Origin: Felis catus
Taxonomy: Eukaryota
Assembly (NCBI RefSeq): GCF_018350175.1
Contig: NC_058382.1
Coordinates: 60,762,001 to 60,826,000, forward strand
Direction of reading: 5' to 3'
Length of the DNA stretch: 64,000 nucleotides
Positions 1 through 10,890 of this stretch are shown here, in pieces. The notes under the pieces were generated by a model, which did no database searches, had not been told where the DNA came from, and saw nothing but the letters and a program-made list of their open reading frames with translations. The stretch's first letter is position 1. Each line of letters begins with the position of its first letter. The position numbers and the translations under genes are program-made.

Positions 1-310
1 GGTCGAATGTCAGGTCCACTCGGACCCCACACACGCCTCCTATTTGGAAACGCGGGTGTCGTCCGCTAAGATGTGGGGTCGCTGGGGGGAGACGGGCCCC
101 AAACTCAACGACTCCTGTCCAGGCAGGAGATGCAGACACGGGGAAGCCGTGGGAGGAGAGAGACTGAGGGCCGAGGCCACAAGCCGGGAAGGCCAGGGGC
201 CACCGGAGCCAGAGGACAGGCAGGAGAGGCTCCTCCCGAGGCTCGGGGGAGCCAGTCCTGCCGCCACCCCGATTTCCCTCTGGCCTCCAGGACTCGGACA
301 CAAAAGATAA
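1..310 (+). mobile_element. MaLR LTR remnant (MLT1-like)
   Basis: Recognisable MLT1 motifs (cctatttggaaa..., ccacaagcc..gaaggccagggg ccaccggagcc, ctggcctccaggact); subfamily not determined. Confidence 0.65.
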
Positions 311-312
311 CT

Positions 313-515
313 CTTTTTATTTATTTACTTACTTAGAGACACAGAGGGAGAAAGAGTGCACGCGCATAAACATGGGCACTACTGGGGCAGGAACAGCAAC
401 CGGGAGAGAGAGGCTCCCAAGCAGGCTCCACGGTGTTAGCATGGAGCCCCACGCGGGGCTCGATCTCTCCGACCCTGCGGTCGTTCCCAACATCTTCTAA
501 ACTCCCGGGGCGCGC
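313..515 (-). mobile_element. Can-SINE (tRNA-derived carnivore SINE), degenerate
   Basis: T-rich tail, AG-rich segment, cccaagcaggctcc...gcggggctcgatct core. Confidence 0.8.
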
Positions 516-1849
516 GCCCGCCCGGACCTGCCCGCTTGCAGGCACACGCTGAGGGACACCGACACAGCCGTCCGTCCGTGGTCCTGGCCCCGTGGTCCTT
601 GCCGGGCGCCACCCGGGAGAGCCGAGGAGGCCCCGTCACGCCTGCCCCCATCCCGCTCCCTGCACTGGGCCTCCCCAGCGAGGCTGACTCAGGCAAGCCA
701 CCTGAGCCATCAAGGCAGCGCACCCTGCAACCGGGCCTGGAGACGCGGCTGGGGGGGACGGGGCGTGCTTCTGCTGGCCTGAAGCCACAGCGGCTGGGCC
801 TATCCGGTTGGGAGAAACGGAATTGCTATCGTCGCCTGAGTCACTCCGAGTGCGTGTCATGTCATTATCATCAGCAGGTCCCAAGTAACCCACGTTGGCG
901 GACCAGAAGTCTGGAGGACTTCTGGCTGCCAAGCAACCCCAAGGCCACAAGGAGGAACCTGCACGAGACAGGCCCAGCCCTGACTCTCCCGGCCGGCTGT
1001 GACGGTTTCCTGTTGCCCCACGGCGGGTGTCCGGGGGGTGGGGGGCTCCCCACGTAGTCCCCTCAAGCGAAAGCACCGCGGTGCCGGTCACGCACCACCA
1101 CTTGGGACCTCTTGGGCCTGAAGCCACGCTTTCGACAAAACACAGCCACCCGTGCACGTCTGGGCCCTCCAGCAGCCCCTCGAAAAGGCAGGATGAAACA
1201 GAAGTTAATGGATTTCGACCCAGCATCCCCAAAACACGATCATTTCAAAACACTACAACATAAAACGCTACGGGCGCTGGCGAGGAGAGCGGGTACTGCC
1301 CGGGGACAGAAGGGGAGGGCAGGAATCCGAAAGGGTGAGCCTTCAGGAGAGTGTGGCCAGCCCAAGGGGCCTGCTCACACCAGCCTCCGGGGGGCCCGGC
1401 CCTGAGCGGCTGGCACACGCAGGGAGACACAGAGGGCGCGTGTGCAAGACGTGTTGTTCCCCAGGAAGCGGAGTTTCTGTCACAGCCATCGGGACCGGGT
1501 CTCCCGTGAGGCCACAACCTGCTTCGGGAGCAGCCGTCCCCTGAGCAAGTTCACACACTAAAGACCAGCACGTTCAGTGTCCCCCGGAGAGCAGAACCAC
1601 AGAAGTGTCTGGGATCTTTCTTCAGGACTGCTGAAAAACTCTTTTTTTTTTTTTTATATATATATAAAAAGAAATCACGATTTTAATAAGGAAAAGTTTT
1701 GAGAGACTTTACGTTCATTTTCTTGAACTAAATCTCTGAAACCTGAATGTTTCCTGGCAGCTGCGTGAGGCCCGTGGCCCTGGTCCAAAGGTCCCGTGAG
1801 GGACTCTGTCTGCCTTTTGGGGAAACTCCAATTTTTACTCGAAAAACTT

Positions 1850-2059
1850 TTTTATTTTTCAATTTTATTTGAAAGAAAGAGCGAGAGAGAGAGAAAGGGT
1901 GCACGCACGCACACGGGAGGGGCAGAGAGAGAGAATCCCAAGCAGGCTCTGCACTGTCAGCACAGAGCCCGACGCGGGGCTCAAACTCACGAACTGAGAT
2001 CATGACCTGAGCCGAAACCACCAGTTGGACACTCAACCGACTGAGCCCCCGGGCGCCCC
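1850..2059 (-). mobile_element. Can-SINE, feliform SINEC_Fc type, near full length
   Basis: Core gaatcccaagcaggctctgcactgtcagcacagagcccgacgcggggctcaaactcacgaac..gagatcatgacctgagccgaa; ends ggcgcccc. Target-site duplication tactcgaaaaactt (1836-1849) / tactcgcaacactt (2060-2073). Confidence 0.92.
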
Positions 2060-3339
2060 TACTCGCAACACTTCTGACACTAACTCTGGGGGTTCTCCAC
2101 ACCAACTGCTTCTTCAGCTCCTGGGTGCCAACCACCCAGTTCTGCCCCACCTCCCAGGAGCTGGCATCAGACCCCACAGGTCAGGGGCTCAGTGCCACAG
2201 GCTGGCCCCGCCGCAGACACCAGCTGCGTGTTCCAGGCCTCTGTACTTCTGACGGAACCCAAGGACTGGCTGCCACGTCTCACAGAGCCCAGGAATGCGT
2301 CGTATTTCCCGACACCAGTTTGTCCTAAAGGGTGTGACTCGGGAACACCAGATGGGACAGATGGAACAGCCCAAGGGGAGCCTGGGTGGGCAGAAGCCTG
2401 CTTGCCCCCTGGTCAGGCCACCCTCCCGGCACCTCCATGGAGGTGCCCGCCTGGAACCCCTCAGCTGCCGCTGCTCGGGGTTTTCACGGAGGGTTCGCTA
2501 CAGGCCGTGACCGATTAAGTCACTGTTGTCAGGGATGGAACTTAAGCTCCACCCCCCGGCCTTCCCTGGAGGTCAGGGCCAGGCTGAACGCTCCCTTCAC
2601 CAGCCTGGCCTCGGCCTCTCCGCGGCCATCCTGAAGCTCTCCAAGGGCCGCAGCTGCCGGCCAACTCACACCAAAGCGAGTCCTTCCGAGGGTTTGAGGA
2701 GCGCAAGTCACAAGAGGGACGGGGCCTGAGCGCTGTCGAGCACCCTGGGCCTGCCCTCTGTGCTCCCGCGTTTCCCTGACAACCCACTCTAAGTTCAGAG
2801 TCTCCACTCCCAGCTTCTGCAGATAGAGCAAGGTGACAAAGTCACAAGGGGACGCACCGACAGCTCAGCCTGCTGCCAAAAATCCCGCGAACCCCTGCGG
2901 GGCCGGCCCCCCAGAGTGGCCCGGGTGACCACGCCCCTGGGGCCGCACACACACCTCGCAGCTAACATCCTCTGCTCTGCTCTCAGACCCACAAACGCCT
3001 GACCTGCGGCCACAAGTGTCTGCAAGCCGGGAGCAGCCCCAGGCAGGGCACACCCGGCAGGCCAAACACAGAGAAAGTGACTCTCAGGGCAGGGGACCTG
3101 GGTCAGCTCTACACCCCTTCCCTGCCCCCGACACCCTAGGCGCTGCGAGAGGGGGAGACAGCAACGGGATGTGGGGGGGGGTGCTGAGAGCCGGTCTGGG
3201 CTGCCCCTCTGTCCTTCCAGAGCGGGAGGGCGGAGAAGAAGTCGTCCCCTGGCCGGCCTGGACTTGGCCACTTCAATTCCACTTTACTGCAGTAAGACTA
3301 CTGATGACAGGACCAGGTTCTAATCCCACCCCGGTGGGT

Positions 3340-3900
3340 GCCACAGGGCCTCCCCCACCTACAGCCTCACCTGTAGCCCCACCTCCTGCCCTGGGGCAGC
3401 TACCTCCTCCCCCACAGCCCCCTCCCCACCTTCCCCACCCATTGTCTGCCCCACCTACGGCCCTCCCCTCAAGGGCCCTTGGCCCTTCCCACCTGTACGA
3501 CCTCTCCCCAGACCCCTCCCACCTCCCCCACGGCCCTTCCCCCCCCCCCCCCCCCCCGCCCACTCTCCCGAGGCCTATCCACAGTCTTCCCCACCACGGC
3601 CCTTCCCTCCACACTCCCCCTCGGCCTCCCCCACCTATGGCCCTCCCCCCACGGTACTTCCCCCCCCTACACTCCCCCTCGGCCTCCCCTACCTATGGCC
3701 CTCCCCCCCACGGTCCTCCCCCCCACACTCCCCCTCGGCCTCCCCCACCTATGGCCCTCCCCAGCCCACGGGCCTTTCCCCCACGGCCCTTCTCTCCCTC
3801 AGGGTCCCCCCATCACCTCTCCCACGACACTCGCACGGTCTCTCGCCACCACGGCCCTCCCCCCAACTCCCCCACGGCCCCTCCCACTCCGGGTCCTCCC
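3340..3900. repeat. C-rich low-complexity/degenerate tandem repeat at the start of GALNS intron 1
   Basis: Repeated acactccccctcggcctcccc(c)acctatggccctcccc (~3611, ~3670, ~3725) and C homopolymers. Confidence 0.85.
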
Positions 3901-3928
3901 CCGGAGCCTGATCGGCGGGTGCACTCAC

Positions 3929-4057
3929 GTCGTCCATAAGCAGGAGCAGGATGTTGGGGGGCCGCGGGCCGTCCGCGGCCCCGAGCCCCGCGATGCTCAG
4001 CAGCAGCAGCAGCAGCAGCACCAGCCGCCAGGTCGTCGCCGCGGCAACCGACGCCAT
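3929..4057 (-). CDS. GALNS: N-acetylgalactosamine-6-sulfatase, coding exon 1 (signal peptide + PNILLLLMDD); remaining exons lie left of the window
   Basis: Translates MASVAAATTWRLVLLLLLLLSIAGLGAADGPRPPNILLLLMDD, then a GTGAGT donor at 3928. Matches the recalled GALNS N-terminus (PPNILLLLMDD|MGWG). A second in-frame ATG lies at 4078. Confidence 0.95.
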
Positions 4058-4206
4058 AGCAACCGCGCCCGGCGCCATCGAGCCCGGGCCAGCGGCAGGA
4101 ACCGACCGGCGCGCGGGCAGCTTTTCCGGCCGGGCGGCGGGGCGGGGCCAGGGAGAGCGCGTGACTGGCGGCCGGGTCACGTGACGCGCCCGACCGGGCC
4201 TCCAAG
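4058..4206. promoter_or_regulatory. GALNS/TRAPPC2L bidirectional CpG-island promoter
   Basis: Divergent ATGs about 150 bp apart in CpG-dense DNA (~3900-4700). GC box at ~4139-4148, GTCACGTGAC at 4176-4185, YY1-type CAAGATGGCGG at 4203-4213. Confidence 0.9.
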
Positions 4207-4239
4207 ATGGCGGTGTGCGTGGCGGTGATCGCCAAGGAG
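4207..4239 (+). CDS. TRAPPC2L: TRAPPC2L exon 1
   Basis: [11 protein letters not shown] then GTGCGT donor. Confidence 0.95.
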
Positions 4240-7200
4240 GTGCGTATGCGGGCGGGCCTGTCCCGCCCCTGCCCCGGGCGGGCGCCCGCCGAGAGGCTGC
4301 CTGCGGGAACGCGGCTGCGGGACCCCTGCCCGGGCCCCCGCCCTCGCCCCCTCCCTGCCCAGAGGGCTCCGCGAGCACGGGCCTGGGGGCTTCGCCGCGC
4401 CCCGGTGTGGTGGGGGCCGTGCGGGGACAGGCGCCGCCCAGACCCGCGTCCGCGGCGGCTGCAGTGTCAGCCCCGGGGCGGGCACGGCCCCGGACCCCCG
4501 CTTCCGTCCGCCCGTCAGTCCGCGGGCTCCGTTGACTCTCGCTCCCGAGCCTAGCTGCCCATCTTGCACCTCCTGCTGCGCGGGGCGCTCGCGCTCGGCC
4601 GCATCTTCGCCCGCCCGACCGCCAGCAGCCTTCCCTCCACACTGCAGCCACGGTGCTGTTTTAAAGCTAACCGGACCTTGTCACGCCCCTGCCGGAAATC
4701 TCGCCAGTGGCGGCTTGTTGCCTTCCGAGAACGTCAGAATAATCTAGTCGCCTCATGCCCCTCTCCCCGAACCATTCCGACCCAACGGAATCACCTGCAG
4801 CTTTCTCACCTCTGGGCCTTTGCACTTGGAACGCTCCTCCCTCTGTCCCACTGCCATCTTCGTACATTGGTCACCTTAGGTGTCCTTTTCTCCAGAAGGC
4901 TGTTTCTGAATCCTCAGACGGCTGAACGGCCGTCCACGTGGTTTTATATTGTATTCACCTGTGTTTCCAGAAGACCAGGCTTAGGAGGTGATCCTTAGGG
5001 AAGCTTTTCAAGGGCGGCCTTGTCTTAGCACATAGCGTGTTATTTGCTGGTGGGTTTGTTGACTGTTTCTCGCTAGATGTTAGTCCCGTTAGGGTAGAGA
5101 GAGCATCGTGTTTATTATATCTGTGCGGCACCAAGAGCAGGACAGAATCCGTGAATTGCGGCATGTGGGAGCCCGTGGAAGACCCGATTAACCCCTGGGG
5201 TTGGAATGGTAAGAATTGGCCGTGCAGAGATGAAGGTTTGAGCTGAGCCTCGACAGCGTTTAGCGAGAGGGCGTCTGAGTGCCTCTGCCCAGGTGGAGAG
5301 GTAGCAGTGAGGACGAATCGGGGAACAGCTAGTATTGTGGGCTGGGAGGACAGCACACTCCAGGACGGGGCCCCACACAGAAGGCCAGCGACTTCTCCAG
5401 GTGCCAGGGCTTGTAGTCGGGCTGTGCTCCAACCCAGTTCTTCTGCCCCTGCCCCTGCCCCCCGCTGATGATGCCCCATGCAGGCCACAGGGAAACCTCA
5501 GATTAGCCCGGGTTCCCTGAAGGCAGCGCCCACAGCAGCTCGGAGGGTTGCGCGATGGGTTTTAGACAATGAGAGTATGTTCCTGTGACTCATTGGTTCT
5601 TGTCGTCCGTGTGCTCCGTGGCCGTGTCCTCGTAGCCTGTGCACACGGGGCGGACCCTCGTCACCTCAGTGGCCGACATCCTTTCTTGCAGAATTACCCC
5701 CTTTACATCCGCAGCGCCCCCACAGAGAATGAGCTGAAGTTCCACTACATGGTGCACACGTCCCTGGACGTGGTGGATGAGAAGATCTCCGCGATGGGGA
5801 AGGCCTTGGTGGACCAGAGGGAGCTCTACCTGGGCCTGCTGTACCCCACAGAGGACTACAAGGTGTATCCTTCACACCTGGCGGGGGCTGGTCCCGTGGG
5901 CGGTCTCCCTACGGGGGCTTCGCATCCAGAGATCCCGCCTCCGGCTTCCAGGTGTAACTGTGGGATCAGGTGATCTCGAAAGACATCTTGGAATATCGCT
6001 CGGAAAGAAAGCGAGAGCTCTCAACCCGCAGAGAATTAGGGCAGCTTGAGGCTAATTGGGACTTCACGCCCTTTTTTACTTTAATTAGGAGGGTCACGTG
6101 GGAAGAGCTGGGCATGGATTCCCTGGAACTGTGTGGCAGTCTGCACCTGCCCTTTGTCCGGTTTGCAGAAGCAGCAGGAGCCCTCTTACTTAGCGCCTGT
6201 GAGGACTGCTTCCCGTGCCGTCTCAGTGGGGCCAGTGCTCCTGAGCAAGGACAGCAATTGTAGACTTGTCACCAGGCCCAGCCCCACGAGTCACCGTAAA
6301 GTTTTGACCGGTCCCTGGGGACAAACGGCATGACATCCGTGGAGTTCAGAGGTCGTTCCACGAGCAGTGCTGTAGCTTGCCCTCGGTGACATCTGCCCGG
6401 GAGCCACCGTCCCACCAGGGGAAGTGGCCCGTCGCGGTGAGGGTGCCTTAGGCAGGGTCTGCCTGTTTCTTGGGCTTCTGCACTGGCAGTTAGCGCTGCC
6501 GGGCCAGGAAGTGATGGAGAACGAAGTTGAGGTGCCCCAGGGTGTGGGCAGGGGGCCCCCCCCGGAGCTCCGATCGGGAGAAGACTTAGCTGCCCGTCCT
6601 TCTCCTGTAAACACCAGAAGCTGCCCCAGGGAAGTGTGCAGTCCCCCCGGCATGGTCCGTGTGGTCCTTTCCCGCTGTTGTGGGGCAGGTCCGGTCCGGG
6701 GTCCTTCTTGATGCAAGGTTGTGATATTTTGCCAAAGTGGCTTCGGAGCCAAGGGACGCGCACAGCTGGCCCTCTGCTCACACGCCGTCCACGGTGGTGC
6801 CGTTTTTCGTGCCGTCACAGAGTCTCTGTATTGAAAGAGTGTTCCCTAACCCGCCGTGCAGATACGGCTACGTGACCAACTCCAAGGTGAAGTTCGTCAT
6901 GGTGGTGGACTCCTCCAACACGGCGCTTCGAGACAACGAGATCCGCAGTGTGAGTGCGCGGCGTCTCAGGATGTTCCTGGGCTCGTGCCTTTTCTCTCTT
7001 TCGCTTTGTTTGCAAATGCCGAGAAGCCAGAATTTCGGCAGCCGCGGCGTGTGCACGTGAATTAACACCATTGATTCCTTCTCAGATGTTCCGGAAGCTG
7101 CACAATTCCTATACAGATGTGATGTGCAACCCTTTCTACAACCCTGGGGACCGCATTCAGTCCAGGTGAGCTGACTGCCGTGTGGACCCTGCCTTGCGAA

Positions 7201-8005
7201 AAGCTGTGATTCTGAACGTGAGGGAGGGAAGGTCGATTTGAGCCACGGGCCTTGTTCCTCCGAGGAGTGGTTCTGACGCAGCAGAACCTGGTTTTCCAGT
7301 AATCACCACGTGGATTCCGACCTGTGAGAAGAGGATGGGGGGCAGGCCCGGGCACGGACCCTGCCCTCTTGGTTTCCCGCGTATGCCCAGTAAGTCCTGG
7401 GGCACCTCCGCGGAACCCACACACAAAGACCTGGTCTTCGATGTCAAACTGGGGCGGTTAGGAGATGGGGTCGCAGGTATGATCCACACAGCTCTCGAGT
7501 CGATGCAGATGGGACATTAGCACGTCACAGAGATGCTTTATAAAGAAGCATTCACACGCACGCGTTCCAGATCCGCCCCCGGGAATGCCCTGCGTTCCTA
7601 GACACGGTTCCTGGGGGGGCTCCTCGTAGCCGTCAGGCGAGAGGACCCTGCAGAGACCCAAGCCGGGCCCTTCCCGTGGTGCCTCCCCTCAGCCCCGTCA
7701 CTGTGTCTCCCGGGCTGTGCGGGACGGGGACCGCCGTTAGCCGTCCTTGCTGTGCCGTGGCCCTGTGAACCCACACCGCAGCCCCGCACCCCTTCCTGGA
7801 GCCCCAGCCAGGGCAGGGCCGGGAGGCGGGAGGAGGGGGGAGACTCCGGTTCTCGTCGCCTGGCCTCGAGGCCGCGTTCGCTGGACTTTGGAGGACTCCT
7901 CCGGTCCGGGGGTGCAGAGCCCGGTCCGCTTCTCCGAGTCGGTCTATGTTTCTTTGCAGGGCCTTTGACAGCATGGTGACGTCTATGATGATACAAGTGT
8001 GTTGA
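4207..8005 (+). CDS. TRAPPC2L: Trafficking protein particle complex subunit 2-like, complete: join(4207-4239,5692-5864,6862-6949,7086-7165,7960-8005), 139 aa
   Basis: Exons total 420 nt in frame: [19 protein letters not shown]...[16 protein letters not shown]...[14 protein letters not shown]...[19 protein letters not shown]. All introns are GT-AG. Confidence 0.97.
5692..5864 (+). CDS. TRAPPC2L: TRAPPC2L exon 2
   Basis: ctttcttgcag|AAT TAC CCC...AAG GT|gtatccttc. Confidence 0.95.
5865..6861 (+). other. TRAPPC2L: U12-type (minor spliceosome) GT-AG intron, TRAPPC2L intron 2
   Basis: 5' site GTATCCTTC. Branch sequence TTCCCTAAC at 6842-6850, 11 nt before the exon. No polypyrimidine tract. Confidence 0.9.
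6862..6949 (+). CDS. TRAPPC2L: TRAPPC2L exon 3
   Basis: tgcag|A TAC GGC TAC...CGC AGT|gtgagt. Confidence 0.95.
7086..7165 (+). CDS. TRAPPC2L: TRAPPC2L exon 4
   Basis: ttccttctcag|ATG TTC CGG...TCC AG|gtgag. Confidence 0.95.
7960..8005 (+). CDS. TRAPPC2L: TRAPPC2L exon 5 (coding part, TGA at 8003-8005)
   Basis: tttctttgcag|G GCC TTT GAC...GTG TGT TGA. Confidence 0.95.
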
Positions 8006-9399
8006 GCCACAACTCGGCGGCCGTTGCTTGAAGACAAGCACTGCGTATATCAGCCATCGTCCAGATGGACGTTTATTATCCCGTGCCTGTTCCTGAGCGT
8101 CCCTGCTGCTGGGGGCAAGGCCTCGGGCACGGTGCGTGGAGACTAAAGGTCTTCTGAGATCACGTTTGGTGTTTTCCTTGTGTCAGCAGAGGCTCGGACG
8201 GGAGAGCGTGTCACGCGGCACTTTTGAGGCTGGCGCAGAGGTCAGGGACCAGAGCCGGGACGAGGGGCGGGGGGAGCGGGTGAGGGAGCCGACGGACCTT
8301 GGGGCCCTGCGGGGGCTGCAGCTGTGGGGCAGCAGAGACGGGAGCGACTCGTGGCCGGCCTCCGGTGGCTGACCGGGTGGGGTGGTCTGTGGGGGCAGGC
8401 CTCCTGTGCCCAGGGCCAGCTCTAGAGGGGCTCCCGGAGAGCCCACACACCCTCCCCTGCCTTCATCTTTCTGGACTCGTGCCTGGCCTCAGGAGGGAGC
8501 TGCTCTCAGCTCGTCAACTGCCGCCTGCTTTCCGAGCACCGAGTGAGCGAGTCCGTGAGCCTCCCCCTGGGGGAGCGTGTGGCGGTCCCTAACGGTTGGC
8601 GGAGCCCCTGGTCACCTGCTGCCTCCGCAGGCCCCTGAGCAAGCCGGGGGGAGGGGGTATGCTTGAGGAGCAACCGATGTGATCGGATTTCTGCCACGTG
8701 CTCCCCCAGAAGCCTGCTCTGTCAAGTCCAGATGGCAGTCCTAACTAGTTGACTGTGACTGAGGGGACATTGCCATCCGGGATCAGGCGGCCCCGGCCCT
8801 GGCCCCCTTCGTCATCTGGCAACAAGGACCCGCGGGGTCTGAGCCCCACCGCACGGTCTGCTCTGTGCTGTCGTCAGTGCCCTGGCTTCCAGCAGGGTGC
8901 CCCGGGCCAGCCGTGATCCCTCCCTCCCTCCCTCCCTCCCTCCTCAGTCGCTCCGGAGAAGGGGTCTGACGAGGAGCAGGGCCACCCGGACCCCCTGGGG
9001 AATGGCGGAGGCCGTTAGCACCGGGATGGGACCCGGAGGGGAGCCTTCCGTTCTAAGGAACGCGGGACTCGTTTTTCAAATTACAGAAGTAGAGGGAAAA
9101 AAGTCAACGAGTATGTATTGAAAACACAAGTGCCAGCCCAGCACCTTCCGCTGCAGGTGGAACCAGGGGATGGGGAGGAGGCCGGAGAAGCAGCCACAAG
9201 CAGCCGCTGGCTGAGCTTTTGGAGGTAATTGCTCCTGCCTGTGTAGCGGCTGTGGTAGAGCCTGCAGGTAGCTGGCTTGCCTCCTTACTAACGAAGTCCC
9301 AGTGTTATTGGGTACAGTTGACCGGACAGAAGAGATTTCCTACTGTCTGTAGCACTCCAGGACAGGTAGTTGTGGAATGTGAGTGGGTGGTGTTGGGAG

Positions 9400-9700
9400 G
9401 GACTTGCAGGAAGGATAGTTTGAAGGGGGATTCAGCTAGCAGATAGAGTACCCTTCCTTCATCCTTTCCCTTCTTCCTGCCTGGAACTCGGACGTGATGA
9501 CTGGAGCTAAGGCAGCCATCTTGAGAGCATGAAGAAAAGATGTATCTCCTAAGGATGGAGAGCAGAAAGCTAGGAGGAACATGGTCTTTATTGACATGGC
9601 CCTGGATTACTTATAGTCAGCATTTCGTAGAGGAAAATAAACGATCTTGTTGAAGCTACTGCTATTTGAGTTTTTTGGTAGGTGCAGCCAGACCAACCCC
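9400..9700 (+). mobile_element. Ancient ERVL-type LTR remnant (LTR16/LTR33-like)
   Basis: cttcctgcctggaa...gtgatgactggagct..gcagccatcttg...aaggatggagagcagaaag...aaataaac...gaagctactg motif order. Confidence 0.65.
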
Positions 9701-10519
9701 TGTACCCACTTTACATTCAGGAGTTTTTGTGCACATTGTTAGGCAGCATCCCCATTTGGAGTCTGAGAAAAGCAAGGGTCAGAAGTAACGTGTTAGCCCT
9801 TGTGCTGCCAATAGAACGGTCTTGGGGCGGTTTCATACCGTCTTTCTGCATCTCTGTACCTTGAGGCTAGCCTCCTTGTGGGCCACCTGCCTGCCTGTCC
9901 CGCTGCCCTAGAGCTGGGCCCCATCAGGTGCAGCTCCCAGTCGGCCCTTAGCCCCCGTTCAGGTGATTTGTCTCTGTCCTTCCTTCTGCCCCAGACCAGA
10001 CGGGGGCAGAGGGAGCCTGTGCCTCTCCACGTCCTCCGGGCACAGCCACGCAAGTCTGCTCAGTGGCTCACTGCTTGGAGCCCTCGCTGCCTACGCCCCC
10101 ACGACAGGAGTGCTCTCCGCCCTCCTTCCACCATGGTCTGCTTGGGCCTAAAACCCATGGGAAACGAGGGGCTCCGAGGCCCGCTCTCTCCTCAGAGTGG
10201 CCACACAGAAGGGATCAGCTGTGGCTAGAAGACCGCCGCGTGCATGATGGAGCGCATCAGGACGGCGGCAGATGCCCCTGGCCGAGGAGAGGGGCGGCCC
10301 CTGGGTGCCCAGCAGGTGGGGGCTGGTGTCATCTGCCCTTGCTACGTAAACTTCTCTGCCCAGGACACCGGGGGGGTGGGGTGGGGGGGGGAGGGGGGCA
10401 TGCCTCCTGACCACAAGTGGCCCAGGCCGCAAAGACTCCAGCAGGGCCGGTGTGGCCCTGGCCTGACATTCAGCCCCTCATGGGGGAGGGGCCGGGGGGT
10501 GGGGGTGGGGGTGGGGGGG

Positions 10520-10890
10520 GTAGAGAACAGAGAAATGTACCCCCTCCCAGTTCCAGAGGCCAGAGTCGGATCTGGTGTCATCAGGGCCGATTCCTCCCGG
10601 AGGTTCTGAGGGAGGGTCTGGCCCGTGCCTCCAGCTCCTGATGGCCACCAGCGATTCCTGGGGTCCTCAGCTTGTACAGCACCACACTCCAACCTCTGCG
10701 CTGTCTCCACACCGGGTCTGTGTGTGGCTCCTTGGACCGAGGGCCCACGCAGGTGATCTAGAATGACGTGGGCAGCTTTCACTTAATCACACCTGCAATG
10801 ACCCTTTTTCCAAATGAGGCCACGTTCATAGGTTCTGGAAATTAGGATGTGGACACGTTTTTTTAGGGGCACGTTATTCACCCCACTCAA
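10520..10890 (-). mobile_element. MaLR LTR remnant (MLT1-like)
   Basis: cagttccagaggccagag..., cttaatcacacctgcaatgaccctttttccaaatgaggccacgttcataggttctgg motifs. Confidence 0.75.

Noticed and set aside
1960..2059. tRNA-like sequence
   Set aside because: It is the tRNA-derived head of a Can-SINE, not a tRNA gene.
3016..4651. Pro-rich 307/249/300 aa ORFs
   Set aside because: Low-complexity C-rich DNA and CpG island; only 3929-4057 (GALNS) and 4207-4239 (TRAPPC2L) are supported as coding.
5863..5864. GT at 5863 as a conventional donor for TRAPPC2L exon 2
   Set aside because: Breaks the frame with exon 3; the U12 donor at 5865 restores it.
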